NCBI GenBank assembly: GCA_002245135.1
Contig: NGBS01001174.1
Span: 62,001 to 126,000, forward strand
Reading direction: 5' to 3'
DNA from: Proteromonas lacertae
Lineage: Eukaryota
DNA length: 64,000 bases
Shown here: positions 1-12,672 of the stretch, in pieces
How the letters are laid out: each line of letters opens with the position of its first letter
Position numbering within the stretch: position 1 is the first letter of the stretch
The notes under the pieces: model-generated
What the model was told of the DNA's origin: nothing
Seen by the model: only the letters and a program-made list of their open reading frames with translations
The model's database searches: none
Translations under genes and position numbers: made by a program

Positions 1-1
1 T

Positions 2-676
2 TATTGTAAATTCTCACTTACTCCAAATAACAACTTAATCCAGATTAATGAAGAGAATGGTGAAATTTATAGTGTAATTAAAGATCATGATAAGATAGAA
101 GAAAGAAAGGAATATAGTAACTATACATTAAAATGCTCCAATATGATTAACAGTAAATCGTATAGCTTGGATATGAAATATAAAGCAATATCATTTTCAA
201 ATGAAGATTGCAATGAAAACGTTACTATTAGTGATAATGGAATGACTATTACTTCAACAGAATTTAAACTTGATAAATCATATAGCTGCTATTTAAATAA
301 GAAAATACACAAAAATAAATATTATATAAGATTTAAATGCAATAGAAAAGGGTGTTTTGTGTTTGGATTGTCAACAGAAAGGAATGATGAAGGAAAAAAG
401 TTTAAATACATAGTTGACAAGAATATAAATGGTAGAATTGATAGTGACATAGGTAAAGTTGTTAATATCAGTCCGAACTTCTCATTTAATAACGAAAGTG
501 ATTGTTATGAAGCTATCATTGATATGAAGAATATGCAATTGTTGATGAGTCAAAATGATTCAGATCCTGTGCTTCTTGTGAAAGAATTACCTCCATTATT
601 GCATTTATTCTTTGATTTACGTGAAAATGGAATTTCAGTTGAATTATTGTCTGTAGCTATATTCAAGGAAAATTAA
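2..676 (+). CDS. 3' part of a protein with a putative Ig-like (He_PIG-type) repeat followed by a C-terminal SPRY/B30.2-like domain; 5' end outside window
   Basis: Frame is open from base 2 (YCKFSLTPNNNLIQINEENGEIYS...YTLKCSN) into ORF 143..676. 'NVTISDNGMTIT...KYYIRFKC...FVFGLS...IIDMKNMQLLMSQN...LPPLLHLFFDL' resembles SPRY. Domain calls by eye. Confidence 0.45.
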   Translation, partial: YCKFSLTPNNNLIQINEENGEIYSVIKDHDKIEERKEYSNYTLKCSNMINSKSYSLDMKYKAISFSNEDCNENVTISDNGMTITSTEFKLDKSYSCYLNKKIHKNKYYIRFKCNRKGCFVFGLSTERNDEGKKFKYIVDKNINGRIDSDIGKVVNISPNFSFNNESDCYEAIIDMKNMQLLMSQNDSDPVLLVKELPPLLHLFFDLRENGISVELLSVAIFKEN

Positions 677-866
677 AGTGCTATAAGAACAGCCAATGAA
701 CTGAATTATTTTGTTATTTTATTAATGTAGGCTTGATTCTTTTTATCAAGCTATCACTTTTAATACAATAACTAATCACTAAATGATTATTTTTAAATCA
801 TTTTACTATTGTTGTTTATTTTGTTTTTAGCTATTAAGCCATTTACTAAAAAAAAACTAAACCAAG

Positions 867-1265
867 ATGAGAATGTGGAGTTTTGATCCAAAATACTTGG
901 ATACGAAAGGATTTGTTGCAGAATGGAGAGAATCGTTGTTAGCTAGAGCAGTGTTGGAAGGTAAAACAAAAGGATATACAAAACATCCTCAGTTAAACAG
1001 ATTCAGGCAAGCTAAAGATCCAGTAAGCTTTATTAACAATTATCTCAAATATGTTTATTTGGAAAGTAAAAAAAGAAACTTTAATTTTGATGAATCTAAA
1101 CTAGTGGAAGCCACCACCATAGAGACTGTAAAAATAGATAAAAATGATCTTAAAGAAGAATGGAAAGTGTATTTAAACAAAATTCGTATAAGAGCTCCTG
1201 AATTATATAAAAAGTACAAAAATATAAAGAATCCAAAGTTACATCCATGTTTTAGAACAAATTAA
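867..1265 (+). CDS. Pyrimidine dimer DNA glycosylase / T4 endonuclease V-like protein (prokaryotic-type, intronless)
   Basis: MRMWSFDPKYLDTKGFVAEWRESLLARAVLEGKTKGYTKHPQLNRF matches the bacterial/archaeal PDG-family N-terminus (MRLWSLHPxYLDxxGLVALWRE..LA..V..G.T.GY..HPQL.RF). The Arg-Glu pair equivalent to T4 DenV R22/E23 is retained. C-terminal HPxF. Confidence 0.85.
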   Translation: MRMWSFDPKYLDTKGFVAEWRESLLARAVLEGKTKGYTKHPQLNRFRQAKDPVSFINNYLKYVYLESKKRNFNFDESKLVEATTIETVKIDKNDLKEEWKVYLNKIRIRAPELYKKYKNIKNPKLHPCFRTN

Positions 1266-1281
1266 TATACTAATTATCAAG

Positions 1282-4200
1282 TTATAATCTAATATCATCC
1301 AATGAACTTAGATTAAAGTCATTAATTATATTAAGACAGTAAAAGATGTTGGTGTACGAATTAGCATTGATTACTTTATCCAAATATGATTTAATCTAAA
1401 ATAGTAATATATGTAATTTAATAAATACTTCTTTGAAATGTGGTTTATATTTCTTAATACACTTCAAAAAAGACATAGCAAACAATAAATGAACATGTAT
1501 ATACTCAATACCGCAATTTGGATGATGATGAATATGTGAATGAGATTTATAAATACTCTATAAAATCAGTATATATGTTTGAGTAATTATATACGACAAT
1601 GTATTTATAACATTTCAATACTATCTTCTGTATTAATTCATGGATATGTTTTGACTTTATTTTCTGTTTCTTATCAATCAAACACAAAAACTTACAATTT
1701 CCTATAATAAACAATTCGCATATATTTCTCTAAAGAATATAATAAAAGAGTATAACAAAAATTAATAAATATACTAATATAATTCTTGTATCATTTATTT
1801 CTTCATCAATCAATAATACATTACACTTTGGTTTAAAGTACAAGAAATATCGATGTATTAACTTTTCTAATGTATAATTAGTATAATCTTTAGAGATTGT
1901 ATTTGAAATTGGAACTGAAAAATATCTCTCATGATTATTGTTTATAGACAAATCATCAATATTTACTATCAAACCACACCATGCTAAATATTTATTAATA
2001 CTTCCTTCAACTAAATTAGTCTTTGTTTTACTATCATTAATGATACATCCATATTCTTCTAAACATTTTGCAGAATTATAAAAGTTTTCAGTGAATTCAA
2101 TTGATGAAGATATACACAAATAATCATCAACTAATCTTAAAATCAAATACAGACTATATACAGTTATATATAAAAAGTATTGAATAATACTCATTATTAT
2201 TCTGTGTGGGTAATTTTGGTATTATATACTCTTTCTCTATTGTTGCATAGTAAATATTACACAATAAACTAGAAAGAATTGATCCTTGTGGAATTCCCTT
2301 CTTTTGTATGTAGTATTTATTACCATATATGATCAAATTATAATTTAAGTGTTTATTTAACATATTCATTATACTATTTCTGTTGTACATCATCTCATTA
2401 CCATTATACTAATCATTTTAAAATCAATTATATACTAAAATGATGGAATGATGGTATTTCTTGTTAATTTTCTTCATTAGATGAGATAAAATTTGTTTCT
2501 TTGAAGAGATAACTGGATATTTCTATTAATAATATACATTATTTACTATACTATGTTCTTTATCTTCTTGTTTGTGTTACTGTATTGGATTATATTGAAT
2601 TTATATATATAATATTCTGGTTTATTAATTATTGCACATAAATATTCCATCAACACTTTCTATTTACATTATTATCAATAAATGAGTATATTATTATACA
2701 GCATCAATATTATCATAACAGCAAGTCATATCTAACACAACATAATACAAGTCTTTTGAGTTATTTTTGAATTTTTTTACAAATTCATAATATGGTTTAT
2801 AAATCTCACTCATTCCTAATAAACTAGTATCAAATATATCATCGTGTTTTTCATATTCATATTTGATAATGATAAAAATATTCTTCAATTGTTGATTTAT
2901 TGATATTTTATTATATTTATGAGATGATAGATTAATAATTGGTCTAATTTTAGTTGATTTTGGAACAAATCTCAATGGAGATACTCCTAAACTATTTTTA
3001 TGATTTAAAAACATATTTACATAATCCTTACTAACACCAATAACATATTCACTATCTATCAACTTCTTTATTTCATTTCGTTCTATATATTTCCACATTG
3101 GCTTTCTATAGTAGAATAGCTTTCCAAAACTACCTTCTCTTTCAGTAATATAGAAGTGATTCTTTAACAACCTTAATACTATATCATCGTAAAACCATTT
3201 CAAAAAATCATGTACTAATTGATATTGTTTCTTGTAATCTTCAGGAGGACGAGAATGACCTTCTATTTCATATATTAATAAAAGAAAAAATACTCAATTT
3301 TGGATTAGTGAGATACTTAAAATCATATATCTTTATTCCATTCATAAGCTATTTTTCAGTATCATATGATTGTATATATATACATATTTCATCTCAAATG
3401 TATCATTTTTACCACTTATTACAAGCAAATAAACTGTTTTCATGATTATATTATAGTTATGCTGACTTCCCCAGAACTGATATACAAATAAAAAATTGAT
3501 TACTGTTTTAACAAAAGAATACACTTTGTCATATTCAATTGTATTATTATACAAAGATATATTATCTACAATTCTATATAAAATGTAATATAAACATATC
3601 TAAAATACACTAAAGGACAATTACAATTCAAAATATAGCCATATGGACAATCATTATGCCTAATTCCAACTTTATATAACAAATATGTCAGTTTCTTTAT
3701 TCTTTTTGGTATTTTCTTTTTATTGTAATGAAATATTGATTGAAGAATGGAATTCTTTTTGTCTTTATCAGTATAATCTTTACTAAGTAAATGAAAATAT
3801 GATATAATATGTCTACTACTAAAACCAGCTCTTCTATTATAACTATTATTATACAAAATAAATCTTCTACTCACTATGAAAGAATATAAAAAATGATATT
3901 TATACAATAATCCTTATTATCACATTTAATTTTTGTCGATTGAGATAATATATAAAAATCTTTTCCTGTAAGTTGAATAACATTATCATTCTCGAGTTTC
4001 ATATACAATGAAGTGTGTAGAAGTAAATGACAAAACAATTTACTGCCAATTCTGTCATAAAGAGTTTCAAAGTTGATTTCACGAATGATTGATGTATTCA
4101 TATTATAGAATGATATAAATAAGTTTGATGGATCTACTTTTTGAGTAACATTATAACAATACTGAAGAGTATTTATCTATTCATTATATTTAAGACTTTA

Positions 4201-4510
4201 TATACGTATAATGATGTAGGTTGATTAAAATCATAATCATCTGATATACAACAACTACAGCATTCACATATATTTCTATTTTTACTTTGATTATAACAAA
4301 CAATGACTATTTAATATAATCATTCTATTATTACTGTTTGAGAGTAGCGATAAATATTCGCTATTATCACCATATCTCACCATGTCTATTTTTTTATTCA
4401 AATCATTCGATAAACTATAATTTATATGGTGATGTTTATTTATACCATATAATAAACTCTTCTAAACTTAAACATCTTGAATATATCTGCTTTAAGATTG
4501 GTAAAATCAT
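1282..4510 (-). CDS. TERT: Telomerase reverse transcriptase, 14 short introns, roughly 900+ aa
   Basis: Manual splicing gives ATG 4510 (MILPILKQIYSRCLSLEEF), TEN/GQ (MVRYGDNSEYLSLL; DRIG...QLTG), CP (CPY..LNCNCPL), QFP-like (VYSFVKTVI..FWGSQHN), T motif (FYITE), motifs 1/2 (LRFVPK, RPIINL), A (VLDMTCCYDNI), B' (GIPQGSILSSLLC), C (LRLVDDYL), E (AWCG), and stop TAA at 1282-1284. Confidence 0.95.
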
Positions 4511-4729
4511 TTTGAAATTTTCATCATTGCAAACAAGCATTCAAGCCTAATTTTAATCACTTTTAAATCTACCACTCATTTCATTTAAAGTGAATTTAAT
4601 GAGGATAAAAAAATTATACTATACACAAATACACCTAGTTTAAGTGGTGTAAATTAGATAATTTCTTATCAGTTGAAACGACTATATTTTGAATTATTTT
4701 TTGGTATTTACTGTTAAGAATAACATAAA

Positions 4730-7700
4730 ATGGATAACCAAAAAACAATCAAAGTATGACCATATATTATTAAGTGATAGGTATGTGTCAGATTCAGAAT
4801 ATTGAACGAGAAAGAACAAAAAATGAGAAGTGCGAATCTTACGAGTCTTACAGATGTATTATCTCTTATATAACATTTATTAATAGCAACAAGTTATTAT
4901 CAAAAATGATCCACGTCAGAAATCAGTAATTAGTAAAAATAAGAATAAAGCTTACAATTTTGATCATGTGTTTGATATTACAAAACAACAAATAGATATG
5001 TATACAAATGTATATAATTTATAGATTCAACGAGATTGCTGTCCCTCACATTTCTCAATTTTTCAATGCTTACAACTCAACAATATTTGCGTATAAAATA
5101 TCGTATAAAAATACTATATAGATATGGTCAAACCGCTTCTGGTAAGACTTACACAATGCAAGGGAATGATGTATTGTCTTATAGAGGAGATAATCCATTT
5201 TATGATGATCCTACAAAGAATGGTTTGATTCCTCGAATAGCTGAAGCAGTATTTGAAAGAGCACATGATAGTGAAAATCAATATAAGTTTAGTATTTCAA
5301 TGTTGGAAGTTTATAACGAAGAAATATATGATTTATTAGAAAAGAATAAAACAAAAAGAACAATACAAAATGATGGATCAAATTTCATAGTGAAGGATTT
5401 AAGAAAAATTGAAGTGAGAAGTGCTGAAGAGTTACTTGAATTGTATGAAATGGGATGTAAAAGAAGAACTACTGATTCAACCTGTAGAAACTCGTCTTCA
5501 TCTAGATCTCATTCAGTATTTAGATTGTATATGAAAAAGAATGATTCATTAACTGGAATGTGTTCATATTCAGTTTTTGATATGGTTGATTTGGCAGGTA
5601 GTGAAAAATATGATGTTGTAGATCATGATAGTTCAAAGAAAGATCAAATGATCAACATTAACCAATCATTATCAACATTGAATAAAGTAATTAGTCAAAT
5701 AGTAAAGAAAGAAAAACCATCCTTTCGAGAATCAAAACTGACAATGATATTAATGCAAAGTTTAGGTGGAAACTGTTTAACAACGTTAATATTATGTGCT
5801 AGTCCAGCATCTATTAACATTAAAGAAACATTATCCACATTAGATTTTGGCAAAAGAGCTAAGCTAATTAAACTTAATGCTAAACAGAATAAGCAGCTTA
5901 CGACTAAAGAATTACTTGCTGAGAATAGAAAGTTGAAACTAGAAATAGAAAGACTCAAATCACAAGCACCATTGAATAATAAAAGAAATGTGTCAAATAA
6001 CAAAGAAACTGAAAAAGAGATTGAATGTTTAAAAGATACAATTGAACAGTATAAGACAAAGCTAACACAACAAGATGAAGATTATAAAGTAAATGTGAGA
6101 AGGTTGAATTTAAAAATCAAAAGCTATGAAGAAGGATTTACTGATCGTGAGAAATTTATAGTATAATATACAATTATTTCATTTTAATTAACATATAGAA
6201 TGAGAATAAGAGATTAAAGAATGAAATTAAAAGATTAAGAGATAAATTACAAAGAACAATAAGTGAAAAGAATGAGTTACAAAATGAATATGATGAATTA
6301 CTAATAAGATATCAACATTTAGAAATTGAATATGAAAATCTAAAGCAAAACAATGAAGAACTTAATGAGATAAGAAATAAGGAAAGACAAGAATATGAAG
6401 AATCATTGAATAACAAATCAGATATAGAAGAATTAATAAAGAAAGTATTAGAAAATGAAGATTCAAAAGGAAATAAAGATATAGCAAAATGTTTGAAAGA
6501 TATTATTGATAGCTCTGTATATTTATATTATTAGAATGATATTATTGTAATAGAGACAAAACAAAAGAGTAATTGAAAGATATGAACTTAGAATGAAGGA
6601 AATTAAACAACAGCATGAAAATGAAATGAAAAAACAAATGGATATGAATAAACAAAAGACAGATATACTAGAGAATAAAATAACAGATCTTACCATTGAC
6701 ATTAGTAATCTAAATGATAAATTAAACTTTAAAGATAGTCAGATTGATACTCAGAAGGAAGAATTTACGAAAGAAATCAATAGGCTTCAGATGTATATAC
6801 AGAATAGAGGAGGAAGTGATAAATCATTTCAAATTCAATTAAAAATTGATGTTATAGAGAATGATATTAAAAATTTAGAGGGGAAAAGAGATGAAAAGAA
6901 ACAGTTGCTTGAAGATATTAAAATAAGATTGCCAAGTGTATCAAGTGATGAGGAAAAAGTCAAATTAAATGAGAAAAAGAATAATTTAGAAAAAGAAATG
7001 AAAGAGTTAAAGAATGAGATTCATCATAAGAAAAAACAGATTAATAAACTGATCAAACAAAAGAAACTCTTTGCGGTATAATTAATATCGTCTTATAGTA
7101 ATATAGAATATTGAAAAAGGAAAAGATGGAGGAGAATCATATGGAAATGAAGATATATTATCAAAGATAAATAGAAGAAAGCTAATAAATGACAAAAAGA
7201 AAGGAATTAATGATTATTTGAATAATATGGAGAATAAAATCAATAATATTGAAAGAGGATTAGATGGTGGATTTGATGAGATATTTCAAAAGCGACAGAA
7301 TGTAATGTATATTGATAGAAAACAAAAGCTTCAAAAAATTGTATATAACATGTATATTTATATATTATTATTAGATGGAAGAAACATTCAATATGGTTCA
7401 AAACCTTACAAAGGATATTGAAAAGAAGATGGAAACTCCATCAGAAGTAGAGACAAAAGGAAAAATGAATAAAATTATAGATGAATTCATAAGTGAAATG
7501 GAAAAGATTAATAAAATGATGTGTGGAGAATTAGAAGATATGCTAAAACCACAATACGTAACTTATTACAAAGATGATCCAAGAACTCCTGCCTACATAG
7601 AAAGAAAAGAAAGACTTATTCATTTATTTGAGCAATCATTAAAAGAGTGGGATGAAAAGAAATGTAAAATAGAAGCCGTGAATCAAAATAATGAATTAGG

Positions 7701-9038
7701 AAGTTTATTAAATGATATAATGAATGACTATAAAAAGATGAAAGAAATATTGGAGAATAAGATGGATGATATATTTAAAACTCCTCCAATTTATAAATAC
7801 CTAGATGATGAAAGAACACCAAAGTATTTAGACGAAAAACAAAGGATTTTACAATTTGTATATTTAATGTGTATTATATTTTGAATAGTTGAAAAGTACA
7901 ATGGAAGAGTTAAAAAAGGTAAATGAACAAGCTAAAGCTGATTTAATTGAATATCAAAAAGAGATAGATTTATTGAAACTTGAATCGAGTTTAAGATATA
8001 AAGAAGATCCAGACATGTTTCAGAAAATGCATTTATTAGATATAAAGAAGAGAGATATTTCAAAGAATTTCAATGATTTTCAACCTGGAATGGAAAAGAT
8101 AGTAGCTAAACATCATCTTCTTCATGATTATTGCGAAAGAAAAAGAAAAGGATTAGTAAATGATGATGATTTTGATAATTGCATAAAAGAAACAAGAATT
8201 AACTACAGTGAAATTAGTAACCTTTACCTAAAGTTGTATGATAATTCAAAATTAGTGAATTTTGCTGTATATTATTTTATTATTACAATAATTCACATAG
8301 ATTATTGATTATTTGGAAGGAAAGATTCCATCATATAAAACAAATCACACAATTAATGATATTTTCAACAATGAAGATATGATAGTTGAAGATATGATTT
8401 ATGACGCAGAGTTTTACTTTCCATCATTTTACAATCATACAGCATGCATAACCGATGAAGATTTAACAAAAGTACAAAAAATGAATAAAGAAAACCAAAT
8501 AAAGAATAATATTTTCAAAATGATACAAATCTTTTTAAGAAGAATTGGAATGAATTTGGCAAAGAAAAACAAAAGAATAAGCCAAGCTAATGAAGAAGAA
8601 GATGATGATGAAGATGATGATAATGTTTATGAATGTGTTCCAATTGATAAAGATATGAATGTTATAAAAGACAAACTGTTGTTAGTAACAAATTTTGAAT
8701 ATGAATATGTTCTTACAGAAATATTCTACTATGTAAAAGAAAGTAATGAAAATGATTTGCATTTGTCAATTATGAATTGTATAATTGATATTAAGAATGG
8801 TGAGAATAGTGTTTTTAACAATCAAATATTTAATGGAGTGTTTTTAGAGATATGGTATCCGTTGATATATGATATTACAGTAGAAGATGAAAATGATTTT
8901 GAGAATGATTTTATTCCAGTAAAAGAAAAACCTAAAATATATGATGAAGATACAGACAGCGATGATGATGATGAAGATTCTGATGATGATGATGATGATG
9001 AGGGTTTTGTAAGTTTAAATCAAACTATTGTAGAATAA
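4730..9038 (+). CDS. N-terminal-motor kinesin with long coiled coil, repeated helical tail domain and acidic C-terminus (about 9 introns)
   Basis: ATG 4730 MDNQKTIK^VCVRFR; FDHVF; P-loop YGQTASGKTYTM; switch I NSSSSRSH; switch II DLAGSE. ORFs 5036, 6593, 7218, 7375, 7889 and 8313 join in frame through GT-AG introns (first intron 4754-4780). Confidence 0.9.
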
Positions 9039-9123
9039 TAAAATATACTTCACTATTTTGATTGTTAATTATTTAGAGTAAAAAATAATTAATAATGAAA
9101 GAAGTATTTATATATAAAATCAT

Positions 9124-12100
9124 TTATTTCAATAACATCCATACTGGTGGTGGATAATCTCTTCCATCTTTTGATAAAACCCAATCAAATATCCATTTTT
9201 CAACCTTCTTATTTGTACAACATAAAAATCCTGTATTATTTGTTAAACATTTCACATCAATTATTTTATCATCCACTGAACTTAATACTTCAGGTAAACC
9301 AGTTCTATTAACATATATATATATATATTAATAAATATACTTCAAATTCCATAGTATGATATTTGAGTTAGAATCAGTTGTAATTCCCCATTTTACATCG
9401 TTGCTTAAAGATACACTCAGAATCTTTCCATTTGAATCAAATGCTTTATCATCTAATTCATCAGTCGACAATTCTTTAATCTTCTTCAATTGTTTTAAAT
9501 CCCATAATATAGATTTCTTATCATCTCCTCCTGTTAACATTTGATCATCAAAATTGATTGAAATTGTATTTATACTTCCATTATGACCCTATTTGTCATA
9601 CATATAGATTAGATGATTATACATTTAAAACTTCTACTGTGTTTAGAGTAGATTCATCAATTACAAATAATTCACTGTTTTCACCTGCAGTTACTATATA
9701 CTTTGAAGAGTAATTGTATGCAATTGAAAGAATTGAACCTGAATTACATTTTCTTTCTTTCAATAAGGAGAAATCACCTATATCATATTCTTTCACTATT
9801 CCATCTATTGTTCCAATTACAGCGATATTTCTACTACGAGATATATCACAGCATGATATAGGACAAGTATGAGCATCTTTATTACACAACAATTTCTTGC
9901 TATTGAAAGACCAAAATTGTATTTTACCATTTGAACAAGTTGATAGTAATGTGTTTGTACAATGTTGAATAGAAAGTGATGTAACATTCGTATTTTCACC
10001 AACTGACAATTGTCCACAAGTTATTCCATCTTTGTTTAATATTTGGATAATTCCATTTGAAGATCCAAGTAATATATAATATGCATTTTCATGTTTAGCT
10101 ATTGCCATACTGTAGATTGTAAGCGTTGCTGAACCAACGAAAGTATTCAAGTTAAATACAGCAGCACAATTGTTCTTTTCACATTTCAAACTAATTTCAC
10201 TCCACAGATTCAATAATTGTGTGTTTAATAACATTCCATCACATCTTCTTGCTTCAGAAATCATTTCAATAGCGTCATCTATTTTTTCTTCAGTTAATGC
10301 CATTGTTGCTCTTTCAATTAATAGCCAACATCTTCGAGCAAATAATAAACTGCTTTTCCAAATATTCTTTTCTTTTTCATCATTTGCTTGAATTTCATAT
10401 GATTTACCTGATTTAGTTTCAATTATGAAATTGGATGGTTTACTTGAATCTTTTATTATTGTTATATCCGATAATTCAATTGTTCCTTTTGGTACAGAAG
10501 ATGTTTCATCAGGATAATAGGATAAACTATCAACTGTTAAAACAAAACTTCTCTTTTTCCAATTCTTTATAAAATGACCTTGTTTCATTAAATATCCTTG
10601 TCTTAACACATGCTTTCTCCTAACATCCATAAAGGCTCTCAATCCTTCTTGTGCATTACATAAATGTGTTTTTGAACTAATCTATATAATAATTATTATT
10701 GAAAATAGAATATATAATTATATACTTCTGTTGAAGTTAACCATTTATGTTTTAATACCTGTTTTGCATCATATCTTGATCTTGGATCTACTACCAATAA
10801 ATGCTGAATTAAATCTTTCGCATCATCACTAATATCATCGAAATAAGGAGATACAAATGTATATCTGCAAGTTCTTATCTTACAGAATAGTTTGGCTTGA
10901 TTATTATCATGAAATGGTGGAAAACCTCCTAAAATAATATAAATTATAACACCTAAACTCCACATATCAACTTCAGTACCATAAGCTTTATTTTCTAATA
11001 TTTCTGGAGCAACATACCAAGGGAGTTCCACAATCAGTTTGTAATCTATTCTTCAAATCCATACTTTTAGCAAAACCAAAATCTGCGATTTTAATGTCTC
11101 CATTTGATGATAATAATATATTTTCTGGTTTTAAATCTCTATGAACGATATTATGTTCGTGACAATATGAAACAGCTTCAACTATTGTTCTAATGACATC
11201 TCTTGCTTCAGATTCTGTGTAACATTTCTTTTCTACTATTTTATCAAATAAATCACCACCATCTGCTATCTCTGTTACAATATAATACATGCTTTCTTCA
11301 TCATAACACTCTATTAGTTTTAATATATTTGGATGGTCTAATTTTGCCATTATTTCTACTTCGTTCTTTATTTGATCCAAATCATAATCACTTAACTTAC
11401 TCTTGCTTATACATTTAATAGCAACATATTCTTTAGTTTTCTATTTAATGACATTTTATAATCTATACTATATTTTGCGCTTTTTGAACTACTGAATATG
11501 CACCAGAACCCATCTTTTCGATCATTGTCTATAATAATAAATACTAATAACATTATATTATACATATTTTTTGAATAAACCATTCTTTGGCATAGATTTA
11601 TGTTTATCATTTGGTAATGATGAATGAGGTGAGTTTCCTGCTTCTGATATTCCCAAAGCAATCGCTTTTTCAACTACTATAATATCATTACTATTAATAA
11701 AAAAAATAATCATCAAATTCTTATATACAGAGCAGTTTGTAAGTTTTCTACAACATTCACAAAATCAACAAATATATTTTCTAGTGTACTATTCCATCTA
11801 TTATATCTGTGAGCTTTTTCTTTTTCTTTCATAACAGTATTCATTATATTGTTACATTTTATTAATAAAGCTTCATTATCTATATCATTATTTGAGTTTC
11901 CTGGATGCATTCTTGCAAAATACGCAGTTAAACATAATAAACTATCTATATAAGAAAATGAAGACTTTGACTCACAGAATTTAGTAAGTAATCTGTTGAA
12001 ATAAGAATTATCATCTTCGATTGTTTCAATATGGTTATATCTAGTATACACCATTTTTGATGTTGTTTCCATTGGATCATTTGCTTTAGCAGCTTGTATT

Positions 12101-12479
12101 GCATTTATCCAAGAATCTCTATCGCTATTCGATTCACAAGAAAATATAAATTCACCATTCTTTGTTGCAACCAGTATTATATTCTCTAATATTGATAATT
12201 AGCAAATAATATACCATGACCTTCTTCATCATCAGATATATCAACACTTTTTATAATATCCAAAAGAATGGATTTCTGTTTAGATTTCATTGATTCATCC
12301 TATTATAAATAAAGTAATTATTGGATAAACATACTTTAAAGTAAGATATTTCATTATTAGTCAAAATGAAATACCTTTTCTTCCAATTTTTCACAATATG
12401 ACCCTATAAATAGAAAAATACATCATACTCTCTTCTCCATATATCCACATTTTAAGAATTCTCTTTTATTTTCAATCAT
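9124..12479 (-). CDS. Multidomain protein kinase: PH - helical linker - CaMK-type kinase - PH - WD40 repeats (one apparent +1 indel at about 11022)
   Basis: ATG 12479; first PH (GYMEKR^[14 protein letters not shown]...RDSWINAIQ); kinase [39 protein letters not shown]; second PH ([20 protein letters not shown]); WD40 repeats (GH...[14 protein letters not shown]); stop 9124-9126. Exons joined by short GT-AG introns. Confidence 0.85.
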
Positions 12480-12672
12480 AAAAATCTAACCAAATGAAAT
12501 AGAGTCGTTTCAAAATATTGTTTTTAGGGTTGGTTAAATGTTTAGATAAAATTTAACCAATAGATCTTAGTGTTTAGATATCGCACAACTGATGGGTTGG
12601 TTTTTTGTTTAATTGGATATAAATAAAAGTACTTAATAAACTCATGAAACTACAGAAAAGTTTATAAATTAT

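Noticed and set aside
1730..3203. Reverse transcriptase as a retroelement, retron or DGR
   Set aside because: It has telomerase-specific TEN, CP and T motifs and spliceosomal introns, with no endonuclease, integrase or terminal repeats.
11015..11030. Frameshift in the kinase activation segment (also about 14640, 29420-29510 and 30205) as pseudogenes or recoding
   Set aside because: Isolated 1-2 nt indels of both signs, mostly in short runs or repeats, within otherwise intact conserved genes. Most simply assembly errors.
12521..12532. TTTAGGGTT (and CTAGGGTT near 25843) as telomeric seed, telo-box or telomerase RNA template
   Set aside because: Single short matches with no tandem array or supporting structure.
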